61,123 bases of DNA from Chiloscyllium plagiosum (taxonomy: Eukaryota). The stretch is taken from assembly GCF_004010195.1 (NCBI RefSeq), contig NC_057718.1, positions 17,275,697 to 17,336,819 of the forward strand. The letters are read 5' to 3'. The position numbers and the translations under genes were made by a program. Of the stretch, positions 1-13,059 are shown in pieces. Numbering within the stretch: position 1 is the stretch's first letter; each line of letters opens with the position of its first letter. Below the pieces are notes generated by a model, which worked only from the letters and a program-made list of their open reading frames with translations, had not been told where the DNA came from and did no database searches.

Positions 1-354
1 CTATTTCCCTGGAGGCCAGTAGCAGGGCAGAGAAACCGACAGGGAGTTCATTTGATTAATTAAAGCCACATTAACACAGGTTGAATGACACTGGCTGGGA
101 TTTTCCTGTTGGCCCCCAGGTCTCCTTCCAGGGGACAGATTAGCTATGTGGGTGGCTGATCCAGCTGAAAAGGCCTGTTTTCATTTCAACTTTAAGGAAG
201 ATTCCAGAAAGGTCACCTCTGGTTTGGATCCCATTCTTTCTCACTTATCTCTTGCTTATGGAATAAATGGTTTCTTCTCTGAAAGTGAATTGTGGGGCAG
301 GGATTGGTATGAAGACCCCAGGTATTCACAATATATATTCATGATTAAAATTAG

Positions 355-1150
355 GGAACTCAATGTCAAAATATACAGATGAGACAAAGCTGGGTGGGAG
401 GGTGAGCTGGGAGGAGGATGGAGAGGTGTTGCAGTGTGATTTGGGCAGACTGAGAGAGTGGGCAAATACATGGCAGATGAGTATAATGAGGATGAATGTG
501 AGGTTATCCCTTTGGTAGCAAAAATAGGAAGGCAGATTATTGTTTGGGAGGCTGTAAATTGAGAGAGAATGTTCAATGCGGCCTTTTGCATCAGTCACTG
601 AAGGGGAGTGTGCAGGTGCAGCAGGTAGTAACGAAGGCAAACTCTATGTTGGTTTTCAGAGTGAGAGGATTCGAGTACAGGAACAAGGACATCTTGCTGC
701 AGTTATACAGGGCCTTGGTGAGGCCGCACCTTGAACATTGGGTGCAGTTTTAATCTCTTTATCTGAGAAGGATGTTCTCACTGTAGAGGGAGCACAGCGA
801 ACGCTTACCAAATTGATTCCTGGGATGGCAGGATAATGTGTAAGGAGAGATTGAGTCAGTTAGGATTATATTCACAGGAGTTGAGAAGAATGAGGTGAGA
901 TCTCACAGAAACCTGTAAAATTTTAGCAGGGCTAGGAAGTTTACATGCAGGAAGGATTTTCCCAATGATGAGGGAGTCCAGAACCAGGGACCATAGTTTA
1001 AGGATAAGAGGTAAACCTCATGGGGATATGGAGGGAGGGTGGGATTAGGGGATTGAGTTCGATGGTCAGCCATATTGAATGATGGAGCCGGCTCGAGGGA
1101 GTCGAACGGCCTACTCCTGCTCCTATCTTCCATGTTTCTATGTTTTAATA
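355..1150 (+). mobile_element. CR1-type LINE 3' fragment (RT C-terminus and tail)
   Basis: Translates to QLYRALVRPHLEHWVQF; mirrored in the right arm. Confidence 0.85.
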
Positions 1151-1409
1151 CAGAATCATGGGCTGATAATCTAGAGATACCAGTTTTGGTTCTATCATGG
1201 CTGTAAGGGAGATTAAACTGGAACAACTAAGTCTGGAATGAAAAATAGTATCATTGTTAGTGACCATACTGTCATTTAAAAACCCTCTGATTCACTCACA
1301 CAGTCATACAGCACAGAAACAGACCCTTTCGTCCAACTCGTCTAAGCTGACTAGGCTTCCCAAACTAAACTAGCCACACTTGTCTGCACTTGCCTATATC
1401 CTTCTAAAC

Positions 1410-3532
1410 CAGACCTGGGCATTTTACGGCCCGTGGGCCATATCCGGCCCTTGGGTCATCCCTGTCCGGCCTGCATGAGGGCAATCTTAAATTAGAACAT
1501 AAATGAAAAAGTATTTACACCTTGCATTCAATACAACTGTGTTGCTTATGTTTTGAAAGGATACTTTTTTTATTTACGTATGGACGCACATGCGTGAACA
1601 GCTAAAAGTGATGCTTGCTGGCTAGCCCTCAAAATGCCAGCTCACGCCAAGACAAGTTATGTCATATCCCACAAAATCGCCAGAAACAGTAAACCATTTT
1701 CTGATGGAGAGTTTATTAAGGAGTGCTTGTTGGACTCTGCAGAACTAATATGCCCTTGGAAAAAGGAGGCATTTGAGAATATGCCCCTCCCCCGATGCAG
1801 TGTAACAAGAAGGATTGGGGACATTGTGTGAAATCTGGAGCTTCAGCTGGAGCACAGAGCGGTCAACTTTGACTTTTTTTCCTTGGCTTTGGATGAGAGC
1901 TGCGATGTACGTGACACAGCCCAGCTACTCATCTTCGTACGTGGGATAACTGCGGACTTTAAAATCACGGAGGAGCTAGCAGCCATGCAGTCAATGAGAG
2001 GAACAACAGCTGGTAATGATTTGTTCACGGGGGTAAATGCATGTTTGGACACGTTGGGACCAAAATGGGACAAGCTGACAGGTGTGACAATGGATTGTTG
2101 TCCAAATCTAACAGGAAAAAATGTTGGACTCTTAAAGAGAATGCAGGATAAAGTGACAGAAATTGACCTGAACAGAAATTGGTATTTTTGCATTGTATTA
2201 TACATCAGGAAGTGTTGTGTAAGTCAGTATTAAAAATTAACCATGTGGTTGATGTTGTAAATAAAATAGTTAACTTTATCAGGACAAGAGCTTTGAATCA
2301 CAGGCAGTTTGTGGCACTTTTGGAGGAAAATGAGACTGAACATCGTGACATAGGCTACCACACAGCTGTCAGGTGGCTCAGCCTGGGCAAAATGCTGAAA
2401 AGTGTATGGGACCTGAGAGAAGAGATTCAAGATTTGTGTGTGAAGAAAGGGATTGGCATTCCACAGCTTTCAGATACAGACTGGATTGCAGACCTTGGTT
2501 TTGCTGTTGATGTGGCTGCACTTATGAATGAACTAAATGTGAAACTGCAGTGCAAGGGCCTTTTTGTGCATGAAATGTACAACTTGGTGAAGGCTTTTAT
2601 GAGAAAGTTGGAGCTTCTCTCAAGCCAAGTGGAGGACACCATTCTCACCCACTTGCCAACACTGAAGGAAGCTGCACCTTCAGCTGATCACCTCCATAGG
2701 TACATATGTTAGAAGCACTGCATGGTGAATTTTCAAGGCGATTTCAAGACTTTAAAATGGTTGAGAATGAAATGCACGTGATTTTTTCCCCATTTACATG
2801 CAATGTGGAGAATGCACCTAGTGATGTTCAGCTTGAACTCATTGACCTACAGTCTGACACACTTCTGGCAGAGTACTTTAGGTCAGTCTCACTGCTTGAT
2901 TTTTCCTCTTCCCTCAAAGAGGAGAACTTTCTACACATGAGGAGGCATGCTCAGAAGATTCTAGTCCTCTTTGGATCTACCTATATATGTGAACAGACAT
3001 TCTCAGTGATGAAGTTCAACAAATCCAAATACAGTTCCTCTATCACTGACGATCACCTCTCAGCTGTCCTTCGCATATCCACCTCAGACATTCAACCAGA
3101 TTTCAGTGCACTTGTTCAAGCCCAAAACAGACTGGATTTTTCTCACTAAACAAGTAAATGAACTGAAAAACATCAAAAGCACTTATTGCTTTTTGTATAG
3201 AGTTGTTTGTTGTTTGTAATAATGAACAATAATGAAACAACTTTTCATTATTGGTTTGTGAGATTAACGTTAAAAATAAAATGAAATACTGAAATTATTG
3301 TTTTTACTGTTTATTTCTTCTATATTTGACCTACTCCACAATTTCATTGTAACAGGATATCCTTATTCTTTTGATTATAAGTTTCAGTACAAAACTATAT
3401 AATTTAGTACTTTTTACAATGGGAGAAAATTAATACTGAGCAGAATTATGTTCAACTTATTGTTGGCTCGGCCCTCCAACACAACTCAGGTTTCTCATGT
3501 GGCCCCTTGGAAGAATTAATTGCCCACTCCTG
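1410..3532 (+). mobile_element. hAT DNA transposon (Charlie/OC1-like), defective
   Basis: TIRs CAGACCTGGGCA / TGCCCACTCCTG; subterminal TACGGCCCGTGGGCC; 8-bp TSD TTCTAAAC (1402-1409) / CTCTAAAC (3533-3540) with central TA; inserted into a CR1 3' end. Confidence 0.93.
1634..3149 (+). pseudogene. hAT transposase pseudogene (GTF2IRD2/SPIN-OC1 class)
   Basis: Four ORF pieces with KPFSDGEFIKEC, ALDESCD, HCIIHQE, VRWLS, FGSTYICEQTFS; in-frame stop near 1829, frameshifts near 2170 and 2705; N-terminus absent. Confidence 0.9.
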
Positions 3533-3810
3533 CTCTAAACCTTTCCTATCCATGTACCTGTCCAAATATCTTTTAAATGTCGTAACTGGATCTGCAAGTA
3601 CCACTTCCTCTGGCAGTTCATTCATGTATGAAAAAGTTGCCCCTCAGGTTCCTTTTGAATCTTTCACTTCTCCCCTTAAACCTATGCCCTCTCATTTAGA
3701 ACTTCTCTACCCTCAGGAAAAGACATTTGCTATTCACCTTATCTATGCCTCTCATGGTTTTATAAACCTCTATAAGGTCACCTTTCAACTTCCTATGCTT
3801 CAGTCCCAGC
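3533..3810 (-). mobile_element. CR1 3' fragment; continues at ~1300-1409 on the other side of the hAT
   Basis: Reverse complement of the CR1 tail also seen at 31490-32000; counterpart at ~59510-59790. Confidence 0.8.
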
Positions 3811-4807
3811 AACATCCTTCATGTCCATTAAGAAAGGAAATCTGACATTCTTGCTCAGTCTGGTTTATACATTAACCCCAGGATATCAGCAACGTGGTTG
3901 ACTCTTTATTTCCTTCTGAAATGGTCTGGCAATCCATTCAGCTGCATTCAAGAAGACAACACACCATCACCTTCTCAACAGCAGTAAATGCTGGCCCTCC
4001 TGGAGCACCCACATCCTGTGAATAAATTCTGAAAATCCTTTCATCAGAACGCCAGGGTTTCAATTATTTTAGAATGTAACCCGGAACTTTTTGCCAGGTC
4101 TGTTCTTCCTTGATTGCCCACCTTTTAGAAATAAACACTATTGCTCCCCCTATCACCGCCAGCTCTTTACTTATCACCAGAGCATTTGCCCATTGTAACA
4201 TCCTGGCAGCACCTCTGTCTTCAGCTCCTGCAAAATCTTTGGGTTCAAGTAATTTCACCAGGCAATTGCAACAGATGTGTTTATCCAAGATCATATTTGC
4301 TACGCAAAACAAAGTCACCCATTGCCTCTGCTGGCATTCAACTCCAAATGTAACTCCATGTGGTGAAATTGTAATGTCTTGTTTATTTACTTATCATTTT
4401 TATTGCTGCTCCTTCCTATTTTGCTCAAATTCTCGTCTCACTCTATTGCCAACTCACTTCCCACAAATGGGACTCGTTTAGTTTGGGAAACTTGGTCAAC
4501 ATGAATGAGTTGGACTGAAGAGTCTCTTTCTGTGCTGCATGACTCTATGCATCAATGAATGAATCAGAGAGGCTCTTCATTGTCAAATCACTTCCCACCG
4601 TACTCTCCTCTCAAAATCATGAATGTGCCAGTCTGTACTCTGAAATTTCACCATTGGTTAGCACATTCATTTATGTAAGCACCACAATCCTTGCTCAGTC
4701 TGAGAGGGTCCTGCTCTCAAATACATGCTACTGTCGCTAATGCCTCATCTCTGTAGGGATTGGTTACAACAAAATTGGCATATACATTGACACCATAATA
4801 TTCCATT

Positions 4808-4935
4808 AGGAGAAAGTGAGGACTGCAGATGCTGGAGATCAGAGCTTAAAAATGTGTTGCTGGAAAAGCGCAGCAGGTCAGGCAGCATCCAAGGAGAAGG
4901 AGAATCGACGTTTTGGGCATAAGCCCTTCATTCCA
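4808..4935 (-). mobile_element. Penelope-like terminal-repeat fragment (hammerhead core truncated)
   Basis: AGGAGAAAGTGAGGACTGCAGATGCTGG...GGGCATAAGCCCTTCA, same family as other mini-inserts. Confidence 0.75.
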
Positions 4936-5874
4936 TGCCCATCGCCTCCATTCCACTACATCCAGCCCTCCCCGCCATGGACATTAAAAATCTGGGGCTA
5001 GAAATTATGATTGAGAAAAATCCTCCTGACCTGTTTGTTTGAGTGACAAATATGTGCGGAAGGTGCAAACAGTTTTACAGAGGAATGAAAAAGGGAACGG
5101 CATTGTTACTTCTTCAAGTATAAATTTCAACCTTCTTAACATTTGTATCACTTTGCACAATTAATGCACTCTACCTTTAGCCTGATTTGTTGCAAATATC
5201 CAGAGGGAATTGAGACATTTTTGACAGAGGTGGAAGAAAGTAAGTAATAAAGCCACAAACCCCTTTCTTTCTCAAGGCATACAGGAATGTGTACATTGTG
5301 GCTTCAAAACGTGGCTTCCAGGATGTTCAAAGGAAATGCAACACGTATTGACCAAATGATTAAAATAAACTTGCACTGTAAATTTTACTGTTTCTACAGA
5401 GTTTATATTTGCAAAAGCCTCTCCCTGTAAAAGGCTCTTCAATGTTTTTGCTAAGAATCAACCAATGTTTGCTGTGCTTCTACAAACAAACGGGCCATTG
5501 CACGGAGAGCCATCTATTCCCAATACGTCATCTAGTGGCGATTCAAAGTGGACTCACTAGAGCCTGGGAGCAGTTTGACTGCCCAAGAGTGTTACGAAGA
5601 GAGAACAAGGTAAAAATAACGATTTCAGAGAAAATGAAGAGTATGGATTTTGTATGAAGGAAAGTGCTCTGTGCTAATAAGTGATCCACTGTCAGCCTCT
5701 TAAAATCTATTAGTTCAGGGGCAAAGTCAAACATCGACAATATAGTTAAAGAAAAAAATCAATGGCATGTCAGCAGTTTGCTTTATACTCCTTCTATTGA
5801 TCAATTCCATTGGAGGTATAGAAGACATCAGTTAAATGAATGTATCTGCTTTACTAATGCATGAGACAGGTAAC

Positions 5875-6170
5875 TACATACATCTCAGGCCCCCTCCCCA
5901 CATCTTTCTTCCAGGATATTGATGTCTGTATCTGTTCCATTTACCGCTCTCATCTGGAACTGGAGCGTATCGTCAATTTTGCTGCCATTTTCCAATCTTC
6001 TCTCACCTTCATGTGGTCACCTCCGACACTTCCCTTTCTTGACTTCATCATGAACATTTCTGGGAGCAGGCTGTCTACTGATATAATAATCCCACCAACT
6101 CCATATAGCTACACTTGCTACTGTGAGTCCTGCCCTCCGGTAAGGGCTCCATTCCATTCTATGGGCTAAG
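5875..6170 (+). mobile_element. Penelope-like reverse transcriptase fragment, decayed
   Basis: SHLELERIVNFAAIFQSSLTFMWS...LPFLD...ISGSRLSTDI resembles PLE RT. Confidence 0.65.
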
Positions 6171-7418
6171 TGTCATTTTGTTAGGGCTTCTCTCTGTGAG
6201 GCCTGGTGAATTTTCCTACACCAACATCCCAAACTCACCTCATTAATTGCCTATTCTGTCCCAGAGATGTCTCTCTTCTCCAATGGTAGTTGGATTCTAT
6301 CACTCACTGTAGCTGGCAGAGTTGACATTTCTGGGATATCCCAGAATATACCCATATCACTGGATGTGGTGCCATCTTGGAGCTCTGGTCATTGAGTCAA
6401 AGGGTAACAACCAGGAGTTGCTTATCACCATCAATGTAGTGGCACACAGCCATAACTCAGTGCTTCTCACTTCACACCTGATGCTTCCTTGTACATACAG
6501 CTGCCTTTTAGGATCTCAGTCACTGTTTAAGTGCTTGGCCACACAGCTCAACCGGTCTGCAACCCCATCCCATCTAACAATCCTCTCAAAGTCAATACTA
6601 CTGTGCCCCCAATGCTCAATGTAGCCCAGCGTCTCATCATCGTTCACCATGAGGCCATGAAAAACATCAAATGATGCACGACATTAACTTGTATCTACAG
6701 AAACCAAAAGCAAACACGCAGGGGCAGCGCTCTCTCTCCACCTCCATGTCCCTTCACTCATGAACTACTTGCCTGTTAAACTCACCAATAGGTGGAGCAG
6801 ACTCAATGAGCCAATGGTCTGTTTTGGCTCTATATCTTATGGTTTTATGACTGTGGGGAAATGAGGTGAAATGCTGTGAACAGGCACAAACAGCTTTGAT
6901 ATGTTTTGTGCGTGGATGACTTTCCATCGAGGTTCTCCGTGACTCTCTGGAAGGAATTACTCGTGTAACAGTTCACAGCAGCTGCTACCTTACTGGTCAC
7001 CAGGAGAAGGCAGCAGCACTTCCTTCAGACCACAGATGCTACTCCAGCAGCAGCATAATTCAGTCCCAGTGTCCCTGGACATCCTAGACCTGTACCTACA
7101 CTGTGCTTCATTCATCTGGAGGAAATGGCATAGAGGGCAAAAGATCCTGGTGCTCTGTGTCCCCAACACATCCAGGGGTCTCTTCAGCTGCTGCCTCTTC
7201 CATCACCCTGTGCCTTTGTTTCATTAGCAGCAATCCTGATAGTCATGCCAGCTGAGGCTGGGTCCATTGTTGTACTGATAAAGAACCTGTATCAGGCTCC
7301 CCCAATAATAAGACGGAAAATGAGAAACAAGTATGTAGGGAGATGTTAGATAAGCAAAATAAGTTTGTAATACTAGGGGGATTTTAATTTTCCAAATATT
7401 GACTGGGCTACCATAGTG

Positions 7419-7560
7419 GTAAAAACAGAGGTAAAAACAACGACTGCAGATGCTGGAAACCAGATTCTGGATCAGGCAATTCAGGCAGCATCCGATGAGT
7501 AGCAAAATCGACATTTCGGGCAAAAGCCCTTCATCAGGAATAAAACCACTGATCCAGAAT
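7419..7560 (-). mobile_element. Penelope-end mini-insert with hammerhead, nested in CR1
   Basis: 16-bp flanking duplication CTGGGCTACCATAGTG at 7403-7418 and 7561-7576. Confidence 0.8.
7507..7540 (-). ncRNA. Minimal type I hammerhead ribozyme motif
   Basis: Minus strand reads CUGAUGA-A-GGGC UUUU GCCC-GAAA-UGUC. Confidence 0.65.
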
Positions 7561-8466
7561 CTGGGCTACCATAGTGTTAAAGGTTTGGATTGTGAAGAAT
7601 TTGGCAAATGTGTTCAAGAACATTTTCTTTATCAGTATGTGAATGCTCCTACTAGAGAAGGAGCAAAACTAGACCTGCTTTTGGGCAATAAGGGAAGGCA
7701 GGTGACTGAAGTAAAAGTGGGGGAATACTTTGGATCTAGTCATCATGATTCCATTAGTTTCAAAATGGTTATGGAAAAGGATAAGCCCTCCAAAAAAGTT
7801 AAAGATTTTAATTAGTGTAAGGTAGATTTTAATGGTATGAGACAAGAACTTTCAAAAGTTGATTGGAGTAGACTTTTCGAAATTAAAAGGAGAACTGCCA
7901 AGTGGGAGGTGTTCAAGAGTGTGATGATGAGAGTTCAAAGGCATTATGTTCCTGTTAGAGTGAAGAGTAAGGCTGGTAAGATTAAGGACTAATGGATGAT
8001 GAAGATATTGAGGTTCTAGTCAAGAATAAAAGAGAATCTTACTTTAGGCATAAACAACTTGGTTCAATTGAATCTGTTGATCAACACAAAAAGTGTAGGG
8101 GCATTCTTAAGAAAGAAATCAGGAAGGCAGAGAGGGGCTATGAGATAGCATGGGTAGATAAGGCTAAGGATAAAGCAGAGAGATTCTACCAATGCATTAA
8201 GAGCAAGGACCCAGGTGAATATGGGTCCTTGAGAATAATCAAGATGTAGAGATCAATAAATATTAAAAAGAACAAAGGCTATGGTGATAATGTGAGAAAT
8301 GGTGAGAGGTGATCAGCCATGAGGAACAGCCTCAAGAAGGCCTCAAGAAGGCTACTCCTGCTCCTAGGTACTGGAAGTGAGGATAAACAAAATTGGTGGC
8401 AAAGGGAGCTCTGAAAGCTCCAAATCTAGGCGTCACATCCCCCAGTGGGGTCACAACTGAGATATT

Positions 8467-8765
8467 GGGCGGCATGGTGGCACAGTGGTTAGCACTGCTG
8501 CCTCACAGTGCCAGAGACCTGGGTTCAATTCCCGCCTCTGACTGTGTGGAGTTTGCACATTCTCCCTGTGTCTGCGTGGGTTTCCTCTGGGTGCTCCGGT
8601 TTCCTCCCACAGTCCAAAGATGTGCAGGTTAGGTGAATTGGCCATGCTAAATTGCCTACAGTGTTAGGTGCGGGGTAAGTATTGGGGAGTGGGTGCACTT
8701 CAGCGGGTCGGTGTGGACTTGTTGGGCCGTAGGGCCTGTTTCCACACTGTAAGTAATCTAATCTA
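8467..8765 (+). mobile_element. HE1-type tRNA-derived V-SINE
   Basis: A/B-box head (GTGGCACAGTGGTTAG...GGTTCAATTCC), V-domain, (TAATC)n tail. Confidence 0.9.
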
Positions 8766-9989
8766 AAAAATATTGAGTTGGGGTCTCTGAGGCAGCAACG
8801 ATAGTGTTGGATCTCAGTTAAAACTCTGAAAACTGTTCTGCCAATCTGACAGGCCCCTGGATTCTTTAATTAATTTCTGAAAATAAAGTCAGGAGAAGAA
8901 AATGGATGAATAAATTCAGATGTGCTGTGCTCCCAGGAACACCAAGCAGCACCTGGGAGAGACGTTTTTTTCTTCCTTGTGTTTTCCTGTAAACCTTTGT
9001 TCACCCAAAGGGGCAGAACTCAGTTCAATGTCTCACTTTAAAGATGTCACATTCCACAGTTCAAATTTATTTCTCACTAGTTGGTCAGTAATCCCCTGTC
9101 AATCAGCTAATATATTGCCTATTCTTTTACATAGGGCAGATAAGACAGACCTTTTATTCATTCCCAGGTACTGAGTAGCACTGACAAAGTCAACGTGTAT
9201 TTTCCAGCCCTCATTGTAAATTGGGCGTGAACTGGTTTCTTGAATTGTTGCAATGTCCACCCACAGTGTCATTCAGGAGGGAGTTCCAGGATTTTGACCC
9301 AGTAACGCTGAAGGAAGAGCCATACATTTCCAATCCAGGATGGTACGTTGCTGCTGCTCCTGTCCTACTGGGTGGAGGTGGTCACAGGTTTGGCAGGTGC
9401 TATCACAGGAGGCTTGGCATATTACTGAATTCCAACAGCTTTATCCTCGCTGTTGTTTGAGCTCCCTGAGTATAATTGGAGCTATATTCATTCAAACAAA
9501 TAAAGGCAGGCTCGACCACATTCCTAGCAGCAGTGTACATAATTGTAACTGTCAGGGTAAATTACATTTCTCTGTTTACATTGTTTAAATAGGACATTTT
9601 CTACTTCTAAGAACCTTGCACGCAATCACTCAATATTGTGCACTGTCAGACATCCTCTGATCTATCCATTGAGATCAGGGGTGTCCCAAATAGGAGGTAC
9701 AGAGCTGGATTTAACTTGACATCGGCTAAGTGTCAGTTTTATTGCGTCTCACTCCATGAGGCTGAGCAGGTTCTCTCTCCCAGTCATCCCAAGCTTACCT
9801 CATTATCTAGTGCCATGTTGTAATGGTGCCCCATGAGTCTGATGCCAGTCTGATCCTTCCACTCACTGTATGCGAACATCTTCACCACTGCCCAGATATC
9901 CCAAGATGCCTGGCACCCGCACCATTTTAAAAGTCTAATGTGCATAGGGTCAAGAACTCAGAGCCCTCACGGCTGGAGACCATTTCCCC

Positions 9990-10240
9990 AGGACGTGGCA
10001 GATGAGAGGAAATTGGCACCTTGCTTTAGGAGGGGGAACCAGCAGGTCCTGCTGCAGGAGTGGTGCAGGGGACAGGTGTCCTTTTCTCCAAGGACTGGCA
10101 GAGGAAGCGTCGATGCTAGCCCATGCCAGGCCTGGCCTGAGGTTGCCATCCAAGTCTCAGCTGTCTGGAGTAAGAACCATCAGTGCCATAAGACGGTCAA
10201 TGGCCTTCTCCACTCCACCAAGGGAAAGCAGCACCATCTT
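9990..10240 (+). mobile_element. Decayed Harbinger-type Myb/SANT ORF fragment
   Basis: KLAPCF...QAWPEVAIQVSAV...QCHKTVNGLLHS resembles Harbinger Myb/SANT DNA-binding domains. Confidence 0.55.
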
Positions 10241-10287
10241 CTTCTGTTGCCGTCCATTCACTCTATCTCAAACTGCAGCACCCACAA

Positions 10288-10851
10288 TGATGATACTATG
10301 GCATTAAGAGGCATGTTTGGCCCTGGGTTTGTTTGAAGTGAGGATTTAAGACAGAGTTGGTGACCTGTCTATTGAAAGCCTATAAAGTAAACAGCTTGTG
10401 AGGCCTTGGTTTTTTTATTATAAGCTGGAACAGTAGAAGCAGCCGGAGCGGGTGGGAGCAAGCTCCCAGAGAATCAGGATTTTTAGCTTTAGTTTTTCAG
10501 TAGTAGTTGCTGGGGTGTTGAAGCTGGGTTTGGAAGCTCCAGTACATCTTGCCTTTTGCCAAGGGTGTGTTTAGGAGATGTATCTATATTGGAACAGTTA
10601 CTGTTTAGTTGTAAAATAATCTATTATTTTGTTAAGCTTTCCAGTAGAGTTAAGCTATTCTAATTTCTTATTTCCTTTGTTTAATTTTAACTATAGTGTA
10701 TGAATAAAGTTTATTTTACTTCAAATCTGGTAGATTGACCAATCAAATTGCATCCAGAATGCAATGCCTGGCACTTGCCTTTAAAATAAGAAGAAGTTAG
10801 GGTCCAGGCTATCTTCTTAATATATTTCAAGGGGTTTGGGTCTGGTTCATA
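10288..10851 (+). mobile_element. Probable solo LTR
   Basis: TG start, TATAAA and AATAAA motifs, LTR-like 3' end; no clear TSD seen. Confidence 0.4.
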
Positions 10852-10924
10852 TGTCCTCCCAAGGCCATAAAGGACATAGCTGCTAAATGGGAGACAGTAA
10901 GGGAACCAACAAGAGAGAAAAACA

Positions 10925-11760
10925 TACTAGATCTCATCCTTACCAATCTGCCAACTGCAGATGCATCTGTCCATAACAGTATCGGTAAGAGCAACCACCG
11001 CACAATCCTTGTGGAGACGAAGTCCCGCCTTCATGGAATAACCTTCATCGTGTTGTGTGGCACTATCACACAAGGAATTAAGGGCTATGGGGAGGGTGCA
11101 TTTAGGTGGAATTGAAACACCATCAGCCATAACTATATGGCGGAGTGGACTCAATGGGCCAAATGGCCTTGCTTCCACTGCTATGTCTTATGGTCTTATC
11201 ATTACGTTAAATGGGACAGACTTTGAACAGATCTAGCAACTCAAGACTGGTCATCCATGAGGCGCTGTGGGACATCAACAGCAGCAGAATTGTACTTCAG
11301 GACAATCTGTCACCTCCTGGCCCGCCATAACCCCCACTCAACCATGACCATTAAGCCAAGGGGTCAGCCCTGGTTCAGTGGAGACTGCAGGATGGCACTC
11401 TTCATATCTGAAGATGAGGTGTCAACCTGGTGAAGCCACCAAACAGGACTGCTTGTGTGCCAAACAGAATAAACAGCAAGTGATTGAAAGAGCTAAACGA
11501 TCCCACAACCACCACATCAGATCGAAGGTCTGCAATCCTGCCACGTCCAGTCGTGAAAGTTGATGACGATTAAACAAACTCACGAGAAGCTCCACAAATA
11601 TCCCCATCCTTAATGATGGAGGAACGCAGCACATCATTGCAAAAGAAAGATAAGGCTGAAGCTTTTGCAGTCTTCACCAGAAGTGCTGAGTGGATGATCC
11701 ATCTCGGTGTCCTCCAGTGGTCCCCAGCATCACAGGTACCAGACTTCAGCTAATTCAATT
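10925..11760 (+). mobile_element. Old LINE ORF2 fragment (endonuclease/linker), interrupted
   Basis: NILDLILTNLP...SIGKSNHRTILV motif; related fragments at ~43010-43310 and ~47060-47700. Confidence 0.6.
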
Positions 11761-12182
11761 CATTAATGAATGAATTTTTAAAAACACACGTTCAAAGATC
11801 AGAGTGATTTTGCTGAATGCCACTAATGGTTTATAAAATGGCCACCATTCTCTATGGACTGCATGCATCTGCTGATGTTACTGTGTTCCTTTTCTTTACT
11901 TCATTAAGGGGACAAGGACTGGGTCAACATTTATTGCCCTTCACAGAGGGCTGTTAAGAGTTAGCCGCATTGTTGTGGGTCAGGAATCATGGGTAGATGA
12001 GATAAGGTTGGCAGATTTCCTTCTTTAAAGAACATTAGCTGGGCTTTGCCCAACAATTGAATTGATTCAAGATCATCATTAGACTCTTAATTCCAGATTT
12101 TTATTGAATTCGGATTTTACTATTGGCCAGGACAGAATTTGAACCCAGGTCCACAGAATATGACCAGGATCTTTGGATCAAT

Positions 12183-12322
12183 GTCAAAAAGTGTGGCACT
12201 GGAAAAGCACAGCAGGTCAGGCAGCATCCGAGGAACAGGAGAATTGACATTTCAGGCATAAGCCCTTCATCAGGAATGTGATCTCTTCTGATCTCCAGTA
12301 TCTGCAGTCCTCAGTTTCTCCT
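12183..12322. mobile_element. Penelope-end mini-insert with inverted 5' part; hammerhead on minus strand at ~12244-12276
   Basis: Minus-strand CUGAUGA-A-GGGC UUAU GCCU-GAAA-UGUC joined to a plus-strand tail; degenerate ~14-bp flanking duplication. Confidence 0.75.
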
Positions 12323-13059
12323 AGTCTCTGGATTAATGGACGAGCGATAATGTCACTCGCTATCATGTCTACTTGAGCTCCAATGATCAGTGATGCCAGC
12401 ACATGTGCAGGCTGCCTAACCTCTTACTAACTATTGATTAGCTTCCTCAGCTGCTTCCTCTCCCACTCCCCCCTCACCATTGGTGTCCAATCCAGTCAGG
12501 ACTGGGGGCCTAGATGGTAGGGGCAGGTCATCCCCTCACACTTTGGGTTCTGTTCCCCACAGCTGTAGCTACCTCTCCATCTCTGGGCACTGATCTTACC
12601 CCGTAATGTGTGCTGCCCCTTGTTGCTCCCCCTGCTGGTGGTGTTCATAATAAACGTGGCCTTTCAAAAACAAAAGGCTTCCAGCGTTTAGCATTCCGTT
12701 TCTCAGTGGCAGCAAAACCTTTACATGAGATGAACTCGTTTGAGAAATGTGGATGAGGTTTCTGGGATGGTGTGTGGGGCTTGGGCAATACGACCTGCTC
12801 ACATCCTCACTCCCTTCCTGCCCAGGGTAAAGGTTTGTCATGCAATAGCAAAATTTAAGAGCTATTTAACATGTGACAGGCAGAGAATAGAGGGATACAG
12901 ACCAGATTTTATCATAACATTCCTTTGCTATCAGGACCTGAGCCATTTCACTACAGAGTCCAACAATAGTAAGTTGATATTCCGCACGATTACTTAGCAT
13001 TTTAGATAAGGTTGATTAGCTTTACTGCCAGTAATTTGAGTACTTTATTTATATAGAAC

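Larger units (their letters stand above)
292..4782 (+). repeat. Left arm of large inverted duplication
   Basis: Collinear reverse-complement match to 58441..61123 through non-repeat sequence and shared repeat junctions; contains an extra hAT insertion. Confidence 0.93.
7265..8230 (+). mobile_element. CR1 LINE ORF2 endonuclease-region fragment
   Basis: GDFNFPNIDW, QYVNAPTREGAKLDLLLGN, FGSSHHDSISF motifs. Confidence 0.85.

Noticed and set aside
1634..3149. Domesticated GTF2IRD2/ZBED-like host gene
   Set aside because: Has a stop and frameshifts and is bounded by TIRs and a TSD, so it is a dead transposon.
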